A stretch of 64,000 nucleotides of DNA, taken from the NCBI GenBank assembly GCA_002269645.1, contig NIVC01002957.1:1-64000 (forward strand). Direction: 5' to 3'. Below, piece by piece: positions 62,901-64,000 of the stretch (its first letter is position 1; each line of letters starts with the position of its first letter). The notes under the pieces are model-generated. The model was not told the origin of the DNA, searched no databases, and saw nothing but the letters and a program-made list of their open reading frames with translations. Made by a program: the position numbers and the translations under genes. Source of the DNA: Macrostomum lignano (Eukaryota).

Positions 62901-64000
62901 CTCCTCGTCGACCCTGCACCGGACGCAGCTGTAGGGCGTGTTGATGTTCACCAGCTCGTTCCGGCAGCGGTCGGTGTACTGCACGGCCACCTCGCAGATG
63001 TCCTTGCCGAGACGGGCGAAGGCGCGGCACAGGTCCAGGTAGGGCCGAGGGTTGACTGTGCTGAAGCACTTGTCGAACGAGAAGCTGCGCCGAGAGAACC
63101 AAAGCTGGCAGTTGGCCTCGGCTTCCGGCGACTCCACCGCCGGCGAGAGGGTGGCGTCGGGTCCGCCGGTCTCGGTGGCGAGGCACCTGCCGGAGGTCCA
63201 GTAGCGGATGTGCGAGTCCGGCTACCGCCTTGAAGGTCGTTGGCCCTGTGGCCGTCGTTGCTGCCGGCCATGCCGTCGACGCGGGCCTGGTAGAGAGGGT
63301 GCACCCGCAGCAAGCAGGAGTCGGTGATGGAGTTGCACCGCAGCAGCAGGGTGTTGCGCAGCGTCTCGCCGTGGAAGCGGACGAGCAGGCGGCTCTTCTT
63401 GCGCTCCGCCTGCACCAGCCGGCCGCCGACGTAGCGACTCATCGGGAGCTTCTCGATGCGGCCGTTGACTTTGAGAACGCCGCTGGGGCTGATTGAGTAC
63501 TGCACGCTGCCGAACCTCACCAGCAGGTCGTGCCGCACCGCCGTCCCGTTCACTTCGCGGTAGCTCTGGGCCACGGTGAACTCATTCAGCCGGAAGTCGT
63601 GCGCCAGGACGTAGCTGCATGGCAACGGGTTCACCAGGCTGATCCCGTCGAAGGTGATGAGGCTGCGGCCGCCTGCCAGCACCGCCGTCCGGTGCCGCAT
63701 CGCCAGCTGGCGCGCCAACGGGTCCCACAGGCCGGCGTCCATCTGGCGCCAGTCGTTGAACATCGACAGCAGCACGTAGCAGTCGGACGAGGCGGCGAAC
63801 AGTCTTAGCTGCAGGGTGTTCCGTAGACACAGCGGGGAGGCGAGGGTCGCCCATTCCGCTTCAGCGAACAGTCGGTCTCGGAATCGACGCGCCGTTGCTC
63901 GAATCGATCGAACTCGGGCCAGGCGGCGGCGCCAAACCCGCGGGCTCAGGCTGTCCAGGTACACCGGCGGGTACACGTCGCCAACCACCGCGGCGAAGGC
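50956..64000 (-). CDS. 3' part of an apolipophorin/vitellogenin-like large lipid transfer protein; exons >64000-62753, 53003-52727, 52131-~51872, ~51150-50956
   Basis: VWD domain (LITFDG, CSYVLAHDF, GMAGSNDG), C8-like Cys region (VNPRPYLDLC) and a VWA-like tail (VFLLENSDC, EFGLAHFGG). Splice phases match at 62753/53003 and 52727/52131. One apparent frameshift near 63220; last junction uncertain. Confidence 0.72.
51195..51700. repeat. 10-bp minisatellite (CTCTGCCACC), intronic
   Basis: Tandem units. Confidence 0.95.
52255..52690. repeat. 27-28-bp G-rich minisatellite, intronic
   Basis: GGGGTAGGAATTGGGTGGCTGACTATG units. Confidence 0.93.
53035..53585. repeat. 33-36-bp purine-rich minisatellite, intronic
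   Basis: CAGGTGAGAGTAGAAAATGAGG core. Confidence 0.93.
53646..56502 (+). mobile_element. Bel/Pao LTR retrotransposon, internally deleted
   Basis: LTRs 53646-53903 and 56240-56502 (TG..CA), 5-bp TSD GCTTT, PBS TGGTAGCAGAG, DUF1759-like gag, RT with KIRPVVDAS, SDLKAAFYQI and YVDN. Confidence 0.92.
53923..56121 (+). pseudogene. Bel/Pao gag-pol remnant
   Basis: Frameshift near 54197. RT is cut shortly after YVDN and joined to RPVCRL, resembling the end of the integrase; RNase H and integrase core are missing. Confidence 0.85.
57496..59484 (-). pseudogene. Inverted 5' half: gag (CCHC knuckles), protease (LDTGA), RT (YIDDIL), frameshifted
   Basis: ORFs 59269-59484, 59041-59265, 58564-58995 and 57432-58577; the RT stops at FLGYVIDESAI. 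Confidence 0.9.
59914..61989 (+). pseudogene. 3' half of pol: RT end, RNase H, integrase
   Basis: Starts HPSKEKVQAI, exactly where the inverted half stops; LQTDAS, HHCC zinc finger, LDYMGP, SDNG, GLSER. Confidence 0.9.
62250..62700. repeat. 12-bp (GAGAGGGTGTGT)n array that received the Gypsy insertion; related sequence at 56900-57260
   Basis: Tandem units on both sides of the element. Confidence 0.9.

Overview
Eukaryotic, almost certainly invertebrate animal DNA. GC-rich exons, minisatellite-filled introns and an NPF-type neuropeptide gene suggest a flatworm such as Macrostomum (inference). Bases 1-~8.8 kb are part of an endogenous Polinton/adintovirus-like element: fibre-like gene, adenain protease, penton, packaging ATPase, double-jelly-roll major capsid, HNH endonuclease and a PLA2-integrase fusion. 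Main discovery: the PLA2-integrase gene is split inside its Ca-binding loop (FTG|PGT) by a 303-nt group I intron at 6460-6762. It is IC1-like, with P1, P3, P4, P6-P10, a U.G splice site, an omega-G and compensatory changes in P7, and a free-standing HNH gene overlaps the host gene start. The element also has CG-bounded triloop mini-hairpin arrays at gene ends and a T(A)nATG motif at all 11 gene starts. The rest of the window holds a ~10-kb inverted duplication (8.8-19.0 kb vs 35.9-46.6 kb) carrying a C2H2 zinc-finger gene and the 3' exons of a six-exon GH38-like/DUF5054 gene; a Ngaro/DIRS element nested in a TIR element; an intronless NPF-like precursor; and the 3' part of a lipid-transfer-protein-like gene. 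One intron of that last gene holds a deleted Bel/Pao element and a rearranged Gypsy element whose inversion breakpoint preserves a copy of its tRNA-Ser primer. All calls are by eye from motifs and base pairing; no database searches were run.
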